A stretch of 63,669 bases of DNA, filler included, from Collodictyon triciliatum (lineage: Eukaryota), in NCBI GenBank assembly GCA_043381765.1. It is 20 parts of 20 records of this genome, joined end to end, with 100 filler letters (N's around TTAATTAATTAA, not from the genome) between each part and the next. Parts side by side here need not be neighbours in the genome. Positions count along the whole stretch, not along the records: positions 1 to 3,261 come from JBHJMP010007559.1; positions 3,362 to 6,623 come from JBHJMP010007560.1; positions 6,724 to 9,980 come from JBHJMP010007561.1; positions 10,081 to 11,630 come from JBHJMP010007562.1; positions 11,731 to 14,986 come from JBHJMP010007563.1; positions 15,087 to 18,342 come from JBHJMP010007564.1; 14 more parts are not named here. One strand, given 5' to 3'. The translations under genes and the position numbers were made by a program. Numbering within the stretch: the first letter of the stretch is position 1; every line of letters begins with the position of its first letter. The notes beneath the pieces are model-generated. The model did no database searches and was not told where the DNA came from. It saw only the letters and a list, made by a program, of their open reading frames with translations. Of the stretch, positions 1 through 15,482 are shown one piece after another.

Positions 1-24
1 TAAGCAAAGTCCACTGCCGGCTAC

Positions 25-520
25 GCATGGTTCCGAAACCAGGGGACGGTTAAGCGCCACTTCCGATAATACCAGACAAACAACGATGTATCGCTTTTTA
101 TCAGAGTCGCCCAGCAAGAAACGCAAGGAAAGTGACCCGTTGTCCCCTCAAAAGACTCATCCTGTGGAATGAAATAGTATGTACAACTTGTCTGAGATAG
201 ATGGTTGAAAGGACTCGTCGGAATCGATTTGAGAAGTAACTGCCATGTGCGTACTTTCATCGACCCGACAATTTTATCTGTTCTGTCAGTCTCGAATACA
301 ACCAGAAATTGCGTTGGAGCTGAATTCGGGTAGAATAGTCTGCGCGTGAGAACACTTTCTCTCCTTTCTATTTTCTTTTCCTTTCCACCCAAAACACAAA
401 AACTCCAACCACACAATCCGGGGGGTTTCCACTGTCTTGTCACAGCCTTTTTTCTTGTCCTAGATGCGAAGGCGGTTTCCTCGGCTTTGTTTTCTCTCAA
501 TAAACTGTTGAAAAGAAAAG
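25..520 (+). repeat. Dispersed repeat family A, copy 1 (decayed, retroposon-like 3' end)
   Basis: Colinear similarity with 5920-6382, e.g. cagcaagaaacg, gcgtacttt(c/a)atcgacccgacaa and gtgagaacactttctctcc. Ends in ctcaataaactgttgaaa followed by A-rich sequence. Confidence 0.8.
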
Positions 521-680
521 AATAAAAGAAAAAAAGATAATAATGATAAATAAAAAACAAAACAAAATGAGAGGACCGTAAAAATCACACGTATATAAAA
601 GAAATATCCTTATCCGAGTAACATTAACTGGAAGCATATGAAATAGCATAGTCTCTAAAGTCTGCACAGCACCGTATCAT

Positions 681-3100
<2,420 letters not shown>

Positions 3101-3261
3101 ACAATCTATTTCAGATTATTGATAAGCAAAGTTCATAATCGCCAAATTTTAATTTGAATTAGATTAATTATAAAAAAAAGATAAAAAAGATAAAAAAGAT
3201 AAAAAAGATAAAAAAGATAAAAAAGATAAAAAAGATAAAAAAGATAAAAAAGATAAAAAAG

Positions 3262-3361
3262 NNNNNNNNNNNNNNNNNNNNNNNNNNNNNNNNNNNNNNN
3301 NNNNNTTAATTAATTAANNNNNNNNNNNNNNNNNNNNNNNNNNNNNNNNNNNNNNNNNNNN
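3262..3361. other. Artificial contig spacer (N-run, TTAATTAATTAA, N-run; 100 nt); first of 19, last at 61892-61990
   Basis: Identical 12-mer with stops in all six frames, flanked by N-runs and repeated every ~3.35 kb. The intervening contig lengths decrease almost monotonically from 3262 to 3247. Confidence 0.98.
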
Positions 3362-3460
<99 letters not shown>

Positions 3461-3607
3461 TACTTCCTTGATATCCTTAATTGTTGAAATGATATTTTTT
3501 TGAACTATGTTTGTAGCCCATCTGGGCGGCGTATAAACCCTATAAACAGCAATTGTGCAACCATTAGTAACGTGAATATTTATATTAAACATACAAACAA
3601 ACCTATA

Positions 3608-5143
3608 GACCTACCAGATTGTTGTAGAGGGAAACAAAGGAAGCTTCTACCTTTACCGTAGATACAGCCATTTTTATCAATTAAACCAAATGGTAATTGT
3701 TTTCTTTAAAATTTTTTTTTATCTGGACTCAACATTTAAGATGTCTTGGGCCACAATTAGACCAATTATTCTTTTACAGATCACTTTATTAGTTTAGTTG
3801 AAGCATTCAATAGAACTCTCATACTTATTTTTTTTTGTATAGATTGGTGAATAAAGTGAACATATACCGACACTTATCGCTTTAATTATAATAAAAGGAC
3901 GTGTGAATCGAAGTTAGCATAAATATTCCTGTAATTGCGTTCTTAGATTGAAAGACTTGGACTCGCCGTCGATCTTCCGTTACCTTCTAGGACAATATTT
4001 AGAACGGCGGATCATTCATTTCTTATGGACAGAAAAGATGGCCTAACTACATTCCTCAAGGCTATACTTCAGGAAAAGTCTCTTATATCAGCCGATATTG
4101 TCAAAAACTTTCTGTCTCCTCATTATGAGGTATTTTTTAGAGACCATCTTACACAACTAATTTAAAAATGATCATAATATCATTTCAATACCGAACGCAA
4201 TCCCCCCTCCTTGTGCACACGCACATAATTCTTCAAGGCCAAGATTTTGATTTTGATTAATGTACTTCAATTTCACTTCCAATTTCACTTTCATTTTTTT
4301 CGTTTTATTTTAATGAATAGCTCCCCATTCATTCTTTGGGAAAATTTAACCCGTAAATTACACGCAATTGACATTTTGAGTATATAAAAAAATAATAGAT
4401 CGTAGCTCCGGATTTTATGTTTGTCAGATTTTCTTTTTCAGGAGAATTTTTGAGGGACATACTAAGTCAATCAAATCGTGAGAAGATTCATAATGCATAC
4501 TTATTGTTGAATTGATTGTTCCATATTCATGATTGATAATTATATTCTTTATATTTATTCTTTTATGAAAAATAAGTTTATTTTATTCATCTTTCCAATA
4601 TCAACGCTATGAAAGCAACCGAAAAATAATTAACTATTCATGTCCAACAGCCCGATTCACGATTACAGATCTCGAGGATGCCATGAGTGGTATTAAAAAG
4701 GAAACGGATGTTTTAAACTGTGAAGCCTTTTGCGTGATGTGTACCAAAAGCTTGCATTTCTCCTCTCCGTATATGGCGTTTATACTCTTTCATGCCCTTG
4801 ATTTTAAAGGTTTACTACAGCTCTCCACAAGAATTACTTTATGCTCATTGAGTATGATGTCCAACTCTTCTCCTGACCAGAAGATTCTCTGTAAGACATA
4901 TTTGTCATATACCATCATCCGTTATTAGACCAATCGAGCGTTACAATTATAATTTTAAGTAACTCCTGCAATTATCAATAAATGCCTATTTTTATTAACA
5001 TTTAGTCTGTCTGAAATTATTTCGGGCCGATGAAAAGATGAACGTGGTGTCGAAGGCCGATTTTGTTTTGGTCTTATCATCCTGGTCATTATTTCAGTCT
5101 TTTATTATATTCAAATGAGAGCTCGCAATTATCTCATTTTTAA

Positions 5144-5242
<99 letters not shown>

Positions 5243-5877
5243 AATAAACAGCACAACAAATATTCCCATTCCCCTGATAGTCAATATATATCCTTTTCTA
5301 TATACCTACTAGTAGCTTTATTTTATTGTATAAAATATTTGTGAATTGATTGCAGCTTTCGTTAATATATCGCACAGGAGCGCTGTTTTTAGTCAATTAC
5401 ATGGGGTCGATACACCAAATTATATTGTCTCTGTAGTTGACGAGGCTAGGGTAAGATTCCAATATTTCAAAGAAATTTGACAGAAATTTTTTTATAAAAG
5501 GATAAAGCGTAGTCATATATTTACACTAAATAGCAAGCAAAATGCTTCCGAGCAGATGGCTCCATCGATATTGGGTTGTTTGGCAGCATTGCAATGAAGA
5601 ATGCAACAACAAGAAAAATGCTGTCGTACGCTTGATTTCACTCACTCGCTCACTAACTCTCGTAATTATCTATCGTATGTTTGCCTCACCTGATATACCA
5701 TTTGCCTCCCGAGTTTCGCCAAACTACATTTGCTCTTGCGTTATCTCGTCTATGGTTCCTCTTCTTCCCACCTATAAAATGATTACAAACATAGTGGTTC
5801 ATATTATACCCATTAGCAAGATTTATGGGTTATAGACTTCCTGTCTAATTTCCGCACCAGTATCTATTATTTGTAAA
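3608..5877 (+). CDS. PX (phox homology) domain protein, multi-exon, 5' truncated
   Basis: Exons TYQIVVEGNKGSFYLYRRYSHFYQLNQM and IERLGLAVDLPLPSRTIFRTADHSFLMDRKDGLTTFLKAIL...IVKNFL show the PX RRYSxF, proline-rich and R..L..FL motifs, with GT-AG boundaries. Downstream exons are tentative. Confidence 0.7.
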
Positions 5878-5919
5878 ACATCATATAGCCACGGTTTAAT
5901 ATATAATATCGTTCAACCT

Positions 5920-6382
5920 CATTGGTTTGACACCAGCGGACGGTCAAGCACCACTTCCGTCGACATCGGACAGACAGCGACGTTTCATTTTTTTTTTATC
6001 TGGGTCTCGCAGCAAGAAACGAAACGAAAGTGACCCCATGGCCTCTTAAACATAATCATCCTCTAGAACGAAATAGGATGGAAGAACTTGCCTGGGATAG
6101 ACGGGCGAAAGAACTCGTCGAATTATGAATATCGAAGCAGTATCCAAGCGCGTACTTTAATCGACCCGACAACTTCATCCGCTCTTCTGTCTCATGAAGA
6201 CAACCAGAAACTGTGTTGGAGTTGAATCACCTCAGGCAGAATAGTCCATGTGTGAGAACACTTTCTCTCCCTTGCATCTCGTTTTCCCCTTCTTTTTCTT
6301 CTCCCCAAACACAAAACACAAAAACTCAATCCAGCGGTTTCCTCAATGGCTTTATTTTCTCTCAATGAACTATTGAAATGAA
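5920..6382 (+). repeat. Dispersed repeat family A, copy 2
   Basis: Colinear with 25-520, which lies on a different contig. Confidence 0.8.
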
Positions 6383-6484
6383 ACACATATATAATTCTTT
6401 TACTTCATCGCTGGAGCTCGCGTTGAATAAAGGTGATGTTGAGACGATTTTTTCTTTCACTAAAATATGGAGGGGGAAAAAAAA

Positions 6485-6623
6485 ACACAGCAATACCAAG
6501 CAGCAAAAACTGATCAACAATATCAAGTCCATAATCGCCTCTTGGAAAAGATTCCATCTGTCAGACATCGGAAAAGCGAGGCTATGGAACCAACTCATGC
6601 TATCGACCCTCATCCACAACATG
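6485..6623 (+). mobile_element. L1/Tx1-like LINE ORF2 fragment (RT thumb region), running into the contig end
   Basis: KLINNIKSIIASWKRFHLSDIGKARLWNQLMLSTLIH matches the W-x4-LS-x2-G[KR] pattern found after the YLG motif in L1-clade ORF2. Confidence 0.65.
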
Positions 6624-6723
6624 NNNNNNNNNNNNNNNNNNNNNNNNNNNNNNNNNNNNNNNNNNNNTTAATTAATTAANNNNNNNNNNNNNNNNNNNNN
6701 NNNNNNNNNNNNNNNNNNNNNNN

Positions 6724-6826
<103 letters not shown>

Positions 6827-6869
6827 AAAAAGAAACCCATTTCCTCAAATACGATTTAATAATATTCAA

Positions 6870-8089
6870 ACCTTCGACATGGAGAGAATTTCGGATTCCA
6901 GTTTTCGAATTTGAGACTCGTATTTTTCACGAACCAGCACCAGTTTCTGGTTTTGTTAAATCAAAGACTTCAGCTTCAAGGAATTAATTAAAAAAAAAAA
7001 AAAAAAAGGAAACTCCTCATTCATAAATACTATGATGTTTTTTTGGACCTTTTCAGACTCCCATTGAACGTTCTGAGCAGAAGAGTCCAGCTGAGATTTG
7101 AGAGATTGCATCTGCAGTTTGCATTTCCGTTTGGAAAAATATTATAAAGTAATTAGTGTATTTCTATTACATTATTAATTTTGTCTTTTTTTCTATATTT
7201 TGTTTATTTTTCCATTTTAGTATATTTTTTTTTAAAAAAAAGACGAGGGAATGTTATATTTCGTAAAACATTCAAACCTGGTCTTCGTACATTTTTTTCA
7301 TATTGACTATTTTGGTTGCGGACACTTCTTGCAAATCCTGAAGTTGCTTCTTATGACTTTCTGTAAGAGATTCTCTAGGGAAATATACAATATATGACAA
7401 AATAATAAAGTATTTTAATTTTCAGTACCTCTATTCAAATATCTTGCCAACTCAATGGGTTCTTTTCAAAAATAAATGAATAAAAGGTAAAATAGGACTG
7501 CAATAGGACTGGTTGAGTTTACCGTCATAATTAATTGGTTAAATTGCATAGAAATGACCTTTCAGCTCTAAGTTTCGCCAGGTCTGTCAAGGCATCATCG
7601 TAGCTCCTTTTCAACTCTGACATTAACGACTGAACCTGGTCCTACAATTTAGTTTATTTCGGGCTCATTATAAAAAATATACATGATCGAATAAAGGAAA
7701 AAAATAAAAAATATACGTGATAGATACCTGATTATCAATAAAGGAAACAAAAATATCTATCAAAACCATACCTCACGATCTTTTGCGTTTTTGGAACCTT
7801 CTCGAAACATGTCTCGAGTATCCTGTATATTTAGGGATCGAGTCCCCCATGATATGCGATTCAGTTTGTGCTGCAAATCAAACAACAATATATCTTTGGT
7901 TAATTTTCATCAGAATTACCTTAAGAGTTTTGATGTCACTCTCTAACTCCGTGATAGCGGATTGTAAATTGTAAATCTCTTTCTGTTACATGAATATAAG
8001 GTTCAAGCGAAATGTATTAAGCATGTAATGCTTTGCAATGGTATCAATAGTATTTATTATGGGATTGAGACCTCTCTCAACCTGACAGC
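6870..8089 (-). CDS. Coiled-coil protein, internal exons only
   Basis: Short AG/GT-bounded exons such as ESLTESHKKQLQDLQEVSATKIVNMKKMYEDQ, DQVQSLMSELKRSYDDALTDLAKLRAE and KEIYNLQSAITELESDIKTLK. Confidence 0.55.
7670..7721 (+). mobile_element. Ultra-short LINE 3' tail (cgaataaaggaaaaaa, 7688-7703) with 18-bp TSD
   Basis: Flanked by ataaaaaatatacatgat (7670-7687) and ataaaaaatatacgtgat (7704-7721), one mismatch. The insert equals the terminal sequence of the LINE copies at 38555 and 51949. Confidence 0.65.
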
Positions 8090-8559
8090 NNNNNNNNNNN
8101 NNNNNNNNNNNNNNNNNNNNNNNNNNNNNNNNNNNNNNNNNNNNNNNNNNNNNNNNNNNNNNNNNNNNNNNNNNNNNNNNNNNNNNNNNNNNNNNNNNNN
8201 NNNNNNNNNNNNNNNNNNNNNNNNNNNNNNNNNNNNNNNNNNNNNNNNNNNNNNNNNNNNNNNNNNNNNNNNNNNNNNNNNNNNNNNNNNNNNNNNNNNN
8301 NNNNNNNNNNNNNNNNNNNNNNNNNNNNNNNNNNNNNNNNNNNNNNNNNNNNNNNNNNNNNNNNNNNNNNNNNNNNNNNNNNNNNNNNNNNNNNNNNNNN
8401 NNNNNNNNNNNNNNNNNNNNNNNNNNNNNNNNNNNNNNNNNNNNNNNNNNNNNNNNNNNNNNNNNNNNNNNNNNNNNNNNNNNNNNNNNNNNNNNNNNNN
8501 NNNNNNNNNNNNNNNNNNNNNNNNNNNNNNNNNNNNNNNNNNNNNNNNNNNNNNNNNNG

Positions 8560-9486
8560 AAAAGATATTCTGCTTATGAATATATGTGTGCTTCATTCAT
8601 ATCCTTTGGGACTGCAATGTTTATGATCATCAGTAGTCATGTATTTATTTATTTTCTTTTTTTTCATTTCAACTTAATTTAACCTCAATCTTACGTCATT
8701 CAACAAAACTGCTCAACACGATTACTAATTAATATAAGTTTCTGATTATGACCCTTGATTTATGCGTGACGTGTATTTGCTTATAAAAACAGGATAGCAA
8801 AAACGATAGCTCCGAAAAGCCAACAGAATTTAGTTGGTTTGGTCTATTTCTGATGGGTCTATATCTTTTCTTTGATTCGTTCACAAGTACCATTCAAGCG
8901 AAGCTGTATGACCAATATGCAATGACCTCCAACCAAATGATGTTCTATGTCAACATCGTTTCGACACCTCTCCTGTTTCTAGGTTAGATTAAAATTTGTA
9001 CTGTTTCTTTGTGATAAAATGTTAACCATGTATTTTAGATTGAGATTTATAAATTTTCGTAAAAACCTATTATTTCACTTTTTTTTTTCTTTATTGCAGA
9101 GCTTTCATTGGTAATAAACTCTGATTTACTTTGATATTATTTCTTCTTATGAAGGGCTTTTGTGGGATAACCAAGGAAGAGACGCTGTTTCCTTCATTCA
9201 CGAGCATCCCTCCATCCTTGGAGATATTCTCATGCTTTCGTTGAGCGGCGGTATTGGTCAAAACTTCATCTACATCACCATCAAAGATTTCGGTGCTGTA
9301 ACTTACTCTGTAATAATGACCGTGCGCCAGTTTCTGAGCATATTTTCTTCAAACTACTTGTTCCAACATCACTTGGGAAGCCTGCAATGGATAAGTCTCT
9401 CTCTCGTCTTTGTTGGCACGTTTCTTCATGTGAATGCAAAGAAAGCAAAAGCATATATAAAGCCTAAATTGGCCATGCGAGTTTGA
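8560..9486 (+). CDS. SLC35B2: PAPS/nucleotide-sugar transporter (UAA family), 3' part
   Basis: Exons GLFLMGLYLFFDSFTSTIQAKLYDQYAMTSNQMMFYVN and GQNFIYITIKDFGAVTYSVIMTVRQFLSI. The FDSFTS, QMMF.VN and MT.RQ motifs are typical of SLC35B2. Confidence 0.85.
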
Positions 9487-10759
9487 AGTGTCCTGCTTCA
9501 CTTTCCAGGCGTCCCAGAATTTTATCTCTTCTCCTTTTCTTCTTCAGAAAATATGGGAAATAAAATCTGAACAACAAAGAGGGAAAAATATATATATATT
9601 GTTTCGTGTTGAAGATGATACTCGATAGTTTAAAGGCTCCACCGACGTATGCTGTTGATTTATGAATTCTCAACCACTCACTATATAACTCTATGTGTTT
9701 TCATCTCAGTTGTGTGGATAGTATGTTTGAATCCATGAAATTGAACCGCTTAATTTTATTTTTGTGCGGTGGTCCTGAAAAAATTTGTGCGTACTCTCTA
9801 AACAACATGAGCAGCTCATAGAAACAGTTCTTCAATCCAATCACATAGAAATATCTGAATCGGCACCCAGACAATGGGATTTTCAAGCCTCTGAATATAT
9901 TCATCATACGGGTAAAACAAGATATATGATGTTCATAAAAAAAAAAAAAAGAATCCACAAGACAACATGGAAAAAAAAAANNNNNNNNNNNNNNNNNNNN
10001 NNNNNNNNNNNNNNNNNNNNNNNNTTAATTAATTAANNNNNNNNNNNNNNNNNNNNNNNNNNNNNNNNNNNNNNNNNNNNGGTGCTGTTTGCCCGTCCTT
10101 CTTTCCCGGTTTTTGTGTGCGGGGCTGATTCATCTGAGATCGAGATTGATCAGCGTTGCGTAATGGGAGTTGATACCAATTATGGAATTTAATTAATTTC
10201 CTGTTATATCCATGATATGTATCTTTTTTTTCTTTTTATTGCAGCAAATTGGTTTATTCGCTGTGCTCTGCCGCTGGTGCAAATGTATCCGGCGGGGAGA
10301 TATATTCGAATGAGTGATTGAAAGGAAAAATAGAATAAAAAGAGATATTAGTTTGTTCATTCGTTGGCAACTTTTTTTTCCTCTAATTTTAATTATTTGT
10401 AGTTTAAATAACGATTGAGATTCTGGCTATTGTGATTTTTTTTTTGGGGGTAACTTTAGATACAAATAAAAAGAAAAGAAAGAAAAGGGTGGTTCTTTCT
10501 TTTTTTTTTTTTTTAATATAATGATTCCTGATGATGGAGTGTATATTTATTCAAACCTTGTTTGGAGCGCTTTGCCCCTTTCTTCTTTTTTCCTTTCTGT
10601 GTGTGTTGAAGGGAAAAGTCAAGAGAGCAGCGAGCGATGAAACGAACAGATGAGGAAGAATACGAAATAAGCAAAACAAGATAAATTAAACCGGACTCTC
10701 TTTCTTTCATTTTCTTTCTTTTTAACGAGTGCGTTCGATGGGCGTATATGTGGTTCAAT

Positions 10760-10815
10760 TCATTCTTTCAGGGTCTTTGAATCGAATAAAGGAAAAAAAA
10801 TCATTCTTTCAGGGT
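10760..10815 (+). mobile_element. 26-nt LINE 3' tail (10775-10800) with perfect 15-bp TSD inside the last FANCI exon
   Basis: tcattctttcagggt (10760-10774) + ctttgaatcgaataaaggaaaaaaaa + tcattctttcagggt (10801-10815). Confidence 0.85.
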
Positions 10816-11316
10816 ATTTAGAGTCACATACTTCGCTTTCCTCGTCTCCAGAGTCGTTTTTGTCAGCCTTTTCAAACTTGTCTTCCTGGATTCGAAAGTC
10901 ATGGATGGTGCTCCTCTTGAACTTGCGGATGAGGTTAATCTTTAAAGAAAATGGATTAACAAAGTTAATTTTCAGATCGGAGCAAGGATGGCGATGAGTG
11001 GCTTTCATTTTCTCACCGAATGCGATGCATAAATCTCCAATATATCTTCATTAAAACAAATGTAAAAACAAACAAACTTACAAAAAACAAATCGATGAAT
11101 ATATGAAGTAATCGAACAAACAAGCAGGCAGATAAACCAAGACTAATATAAATAAAAATGTGAATAATCGCTTTGATACCTTGAACTTTTTTGAAATCTT
11201 AATCAGAAGGGTTTCGTACTGCTCAATCATGAATATCAGTGATGGCATCAATCGCGCCTCTTTGGCAATCGAGCTATTACTTGTTCTGTGATAATAAAGA
11301 AAAGAGAAAGAAGGAA

Positions 11317-11409
<93 letters not shown>

Positions 11410-13275
11410 AAAACAAAAAACAAAAGAAAGAACCATAGAATATATTAGCACTATTCCTCTACAAAAACAACATGACATTCCGACAACTAGAAAAAATTAA
11501 CCAAGTCTGCCCGACCTCACGATTTTCTCCATGTAAGTCGTAAATGCGTAAATATTCTGCGTCAGTGCTTCTCCAGTAAAAGCTACAAGATCGCGGAACT
11601 TTTTTCCAGGATGTCTCGGTGGAGTGATATNNNNNNNNNNNNNNNNNNNNNNNNNNNNNNNNNNNNNNNNNNNNTTAATTAATTAANNNNNNNNNNNNNN
11701 NNNNNNNNNNNNNNNNNNNNNNNNNNNNNNTTTTTTTTCTTTTCCAAAAAAAAAAAAAAAAAAGGGAAAAAGTACCAAACGTGCAACGACACCCAGAATG
11801 CGATAGAATTCTACCAAAGACTGAAGAATCACTTCACAAGTGAGCTTTTCTAGACAATTGGTTTTCTTTTAATAAATAAATAAAATATGAATGATAGAAA
11901 TAGGACACGAGGACGACAGATTTTGTTTCAAATTATAATCATATCTTACCGTGTGCTGTTTCTACAAATGTATTGTATGTCCCTGCATAGAATACAGAGG
12001 TATTATAAATGGATATCAGCCACCAAGTTTTCTCTCTCTATCTCTCTATCTTTCTATCTTTCTTCATAATCATTACTGGGACAATGTACCACAACATTTA
12101 AAAAGTAAGACAGCTCACTTTTTTCCATCATCTCAAAAGTGTAAAACAGGCTTTCCACGTCAAATGAAATCACAAAGAAGAGAAAAAGAAGAGAAATATG
12201 TCATTGACTATGTTAAAGCAGCCAAATCTACATCATACTTGCAATATTCAGAAGCCAAGGGTAAATAGAAGTTTCGATTTTTTCTGGGATAGACCGTTCA
12301 TCCGACGTGCTCCCTACGGAACAATAAATGACAATTATTATTACCATGCTGATAGTACCAATGATAATATAGAATAGCCAGGTTAATTACTTGTCTGCCA
12401 CATTTTCATGATTCTAAATCTAGTCGAGATATCTTTACTTTTGGCAAGAATATATTCATGTTGATGTATATAGATGTACATATATATTTCTTTTTTTTTT
12501 TTAAAAAAAAAATCAACCGAATCCCCACCTTCTTTTGTGAGGGATGATTTTAATGTGGTTGTCAGGTCTTCAATGCTGCTCAATTGTTTCATTATCTAAG
12601 GTTGGTATTGGTATTCTCTTTTAAAAAGATGTTACGCACTTCAGTAAAGGTATGAGATCAACTTTAAAATTAACCAAAAAGCTTTCCTATCGACAAAATT
12701 TATGCACATACTTTTATGATTTAAAAATCTTCCATTCTTCTATATTCGATATCAGACACGGAAGACAAATAAAAGGACTAATTATAATCTTACCGATAAA
12801 AGTATGACATTTGCTATTTCGTGGACGTTGTCCTGATTGACAATTCTAAAATTTACCTGAATACAAAGGAGAAAAAATAACAGCAATAACATCAGGAATG
12901 TTCATGTAAGGGCAAAGTGGGGAAAGAGCCACTTTGAAATATTAGTATAACAAGGAAATGTATGAAAAAGCACAGAAGGAGCTGGTGATGGAGTCTCCTC
13001 GTTGATCATTTTCAGGTTGTGTTGAATGGAACTGGAATATTGTGCTTCCTAAACACCAAAAGCACACATGAGTGACTGAATGGCAACAAATAAAATCAAT
13101 AATTGAGTGTGATATGATTAAGGTAATAGAAAAACCGATTTTCGATTGGGAAATATTCTCACCACAAATACTTCTGTTTGAGAAGACAGGCGTGTGTGAA
13201 GCCTGACCAGAGACGCAGCCAGAGAATTAGAAGAGACAGAAGACTTTCCATACAGATATGCATACACAGTCAACA

Positions 13276-13350
<75 letters not shown>

Positions 13351-14670
13351 ATGGTTGAGTAACTTGACGTATGGAACATGGATGTACACGTTCGTATTTT
13401 TAAAATTAGTTAAAAGATAATAAGATTTGAATAGCGAAATACTTATAATTATATACCTTCTGACATAAATCATCGAATACCTTGAAGTGAAGAGCTAATA
13501 TTTTTTAAACATTTTTGTAAGAATCATATTTACAATTCACAGACTTAATTATATATATTTTTATAAAAAAAACATCAACAAAAACAACAAAAACAACAAA
13601 AAATAGATATTAAGAGTTAATGCTAATACCAGGTGATTGTCGATAGCTATTAATGAGTAAACAAGTTATATATATGTATAACTCTTACCAGAAGCATCAT
13701 TTGAAATATGTCCCAAAAGAATGAAGATAATATTCACCAAAATTTGGGCATGTCCATCAGAGCCCATATTAAGACTTTTCCCAAGTTGTTCCTTTAATTA
13801 TTTTTTTATTTTTAAAAATGGTCGATGCGTTATTTTCAAATATACATAAGCGTNNNNNNNNNNNNNNNNNNNNNNNNNNNNNNNNNNNNNNNNNNNNNNN
13901 NNNNNNNNNNNNNNNNNNNNNNNNNNNNNNNNNNNNNNNNNNNNNNNNNNNNNNNNNNNNNNNNNNNNNNNNNNNNNNNNNNNNNNNNNNNNNNNNNNNN
14001 NNNNNNNNNNNNNNNNNNNNNNNNNNNNNNNNNNNNNNNNNNNNNNNNNNNNNNNNNNNNNNNNNNNNNNAAAAAAAAGAGGGACACGTAGGGTTGCAAA
14101 AGATATACTAAAAAGGTTGATACAAAATCAATCAGAAAACCTTCAATATAAAGTCAATGAGGCGTGCTTGGCTTTGATGAAGGTGCATATATTTTACAAT
14201 TTGCTCGATTGTCTTCAGGGCAATGAGAGAAAATGACTAGGGAAAAAAAAGCTTCAGGATTTCTTTCTCACATATGAAAGAAACTGAGGGTAAATAACTC
14301 AATGAAGAGTATTTCTAGAAAAATATACAAACCATATCTACAGTCCCCTCCGGAAGCTGTAAGTCGTGCGTAAATTCCCTGTACAGTAAAACACCAGCCC
14401 TGTTGCAGAAACGTATGATTGGCATATCATCAACTAGCTTATCGACATCAGAAAATAGCTGAATGGTACAGAAATATAAGTGAGAAGTATTGCTGCAATT
14501 TTTTTTTAAAAGAAAATGCTACGGTTCAATAAACAAATAAGGGGAAAGAAGGGTACAGTTCAGCGTACACTTACCGTAAGAGATTGTTTGTAGCATCTAT
14601 CAAATATATCACTTTTTAAGGCTGGTTTGGCAGTAAAAAAGCTTTTGTCGAGGGATGAAGTGTCTAAGTA
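10760..14670 (-). CDS. FANCI: Fanconi anemia group I protein, C-terminal exons, spanning the spacer at 11631-11730
   Basis: KEARLMPSLIFMIEQYETLLIKISKKFK|INLIRKFKRSTIHDFRI matches the conserved FANCI C-terminus (IPNLIFAIEQYE...LSKKSKVNL...STSRDFKI). Upstream exons FRDLVAFTGEALTQNIYAF and EVILQSLVEFYRILGVVARL also fit. Confidence 0.85.
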
Positions 14671-15482
14671 AATACAAACATATATTATACCCTAGTATAA
14701 ATCAACATCGATGCCAAATATGGTCATACAACCGGGCTTCGATTGGATGACATATAACATTAATAGTAACAAATGCTAACAATCATAAGCGATAATGGCT
14801 ACAAAATGCGTGCCTCTAAGCCACCCAGATATTTTTTTTTTTTTTGCATGTATACACATACATGAACCAGTGTTATGTGGGAAATGGGAAAAACAAAAAA
14901 CAAAAAACAAAAAACAAAAAACAAAAAACAAAAAACAAAAAACAAAAAACAAAAAACAAAAAACAAAAAACAAAAAACAAAAAACANNNNNNNNNNNNNN
15001 NNNNNNNNNNNNNNNNNNNNNNNNNNNNNNTTAATTAATTAANNNNNNNNNNNNNNNNNNNNNNNNNNNNNNNNNNNNNNNNNNNNAAAAAAAAAAACAA
15101 AAAAAAAAAACAAAAAAACATAACAAAAAAACATAACAAAAAAACATAACAAAAAAACATAACAAAAAAACATAACAAAAAAACATAACAAAAAAACATA
15201 ACATAACAAAACAAAACAAAACAAAAAACAAAAAAACAAAAAACAAAAAACAAAAAACAAAAAACAAAAAACAAAAAACAATGAAAAACATAAAAAAGCA
15301 CAGTCTTACGAGATTTTTTGACGCAGAGTATATTTATAATTCACCATGTCAATACATTTACATATTTACTCTATCCATTTTGGCGAATAAATACCGTGCG
15401 TTGTGTGATATGATATTATAGGACTATCAACTTTCTTATCAATGTGCTGTAACAAGGACGATTTTCAATTCCCATAAAATAA

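Noticed and set aside
3306-3317. TTAATTAATTAA recurring at ~3.35-kb periodicity, as a biological repeat or CRISPR-like array
   Set aside because: Always embedded in N-runs; it is a six-frame-stop assembly linker.
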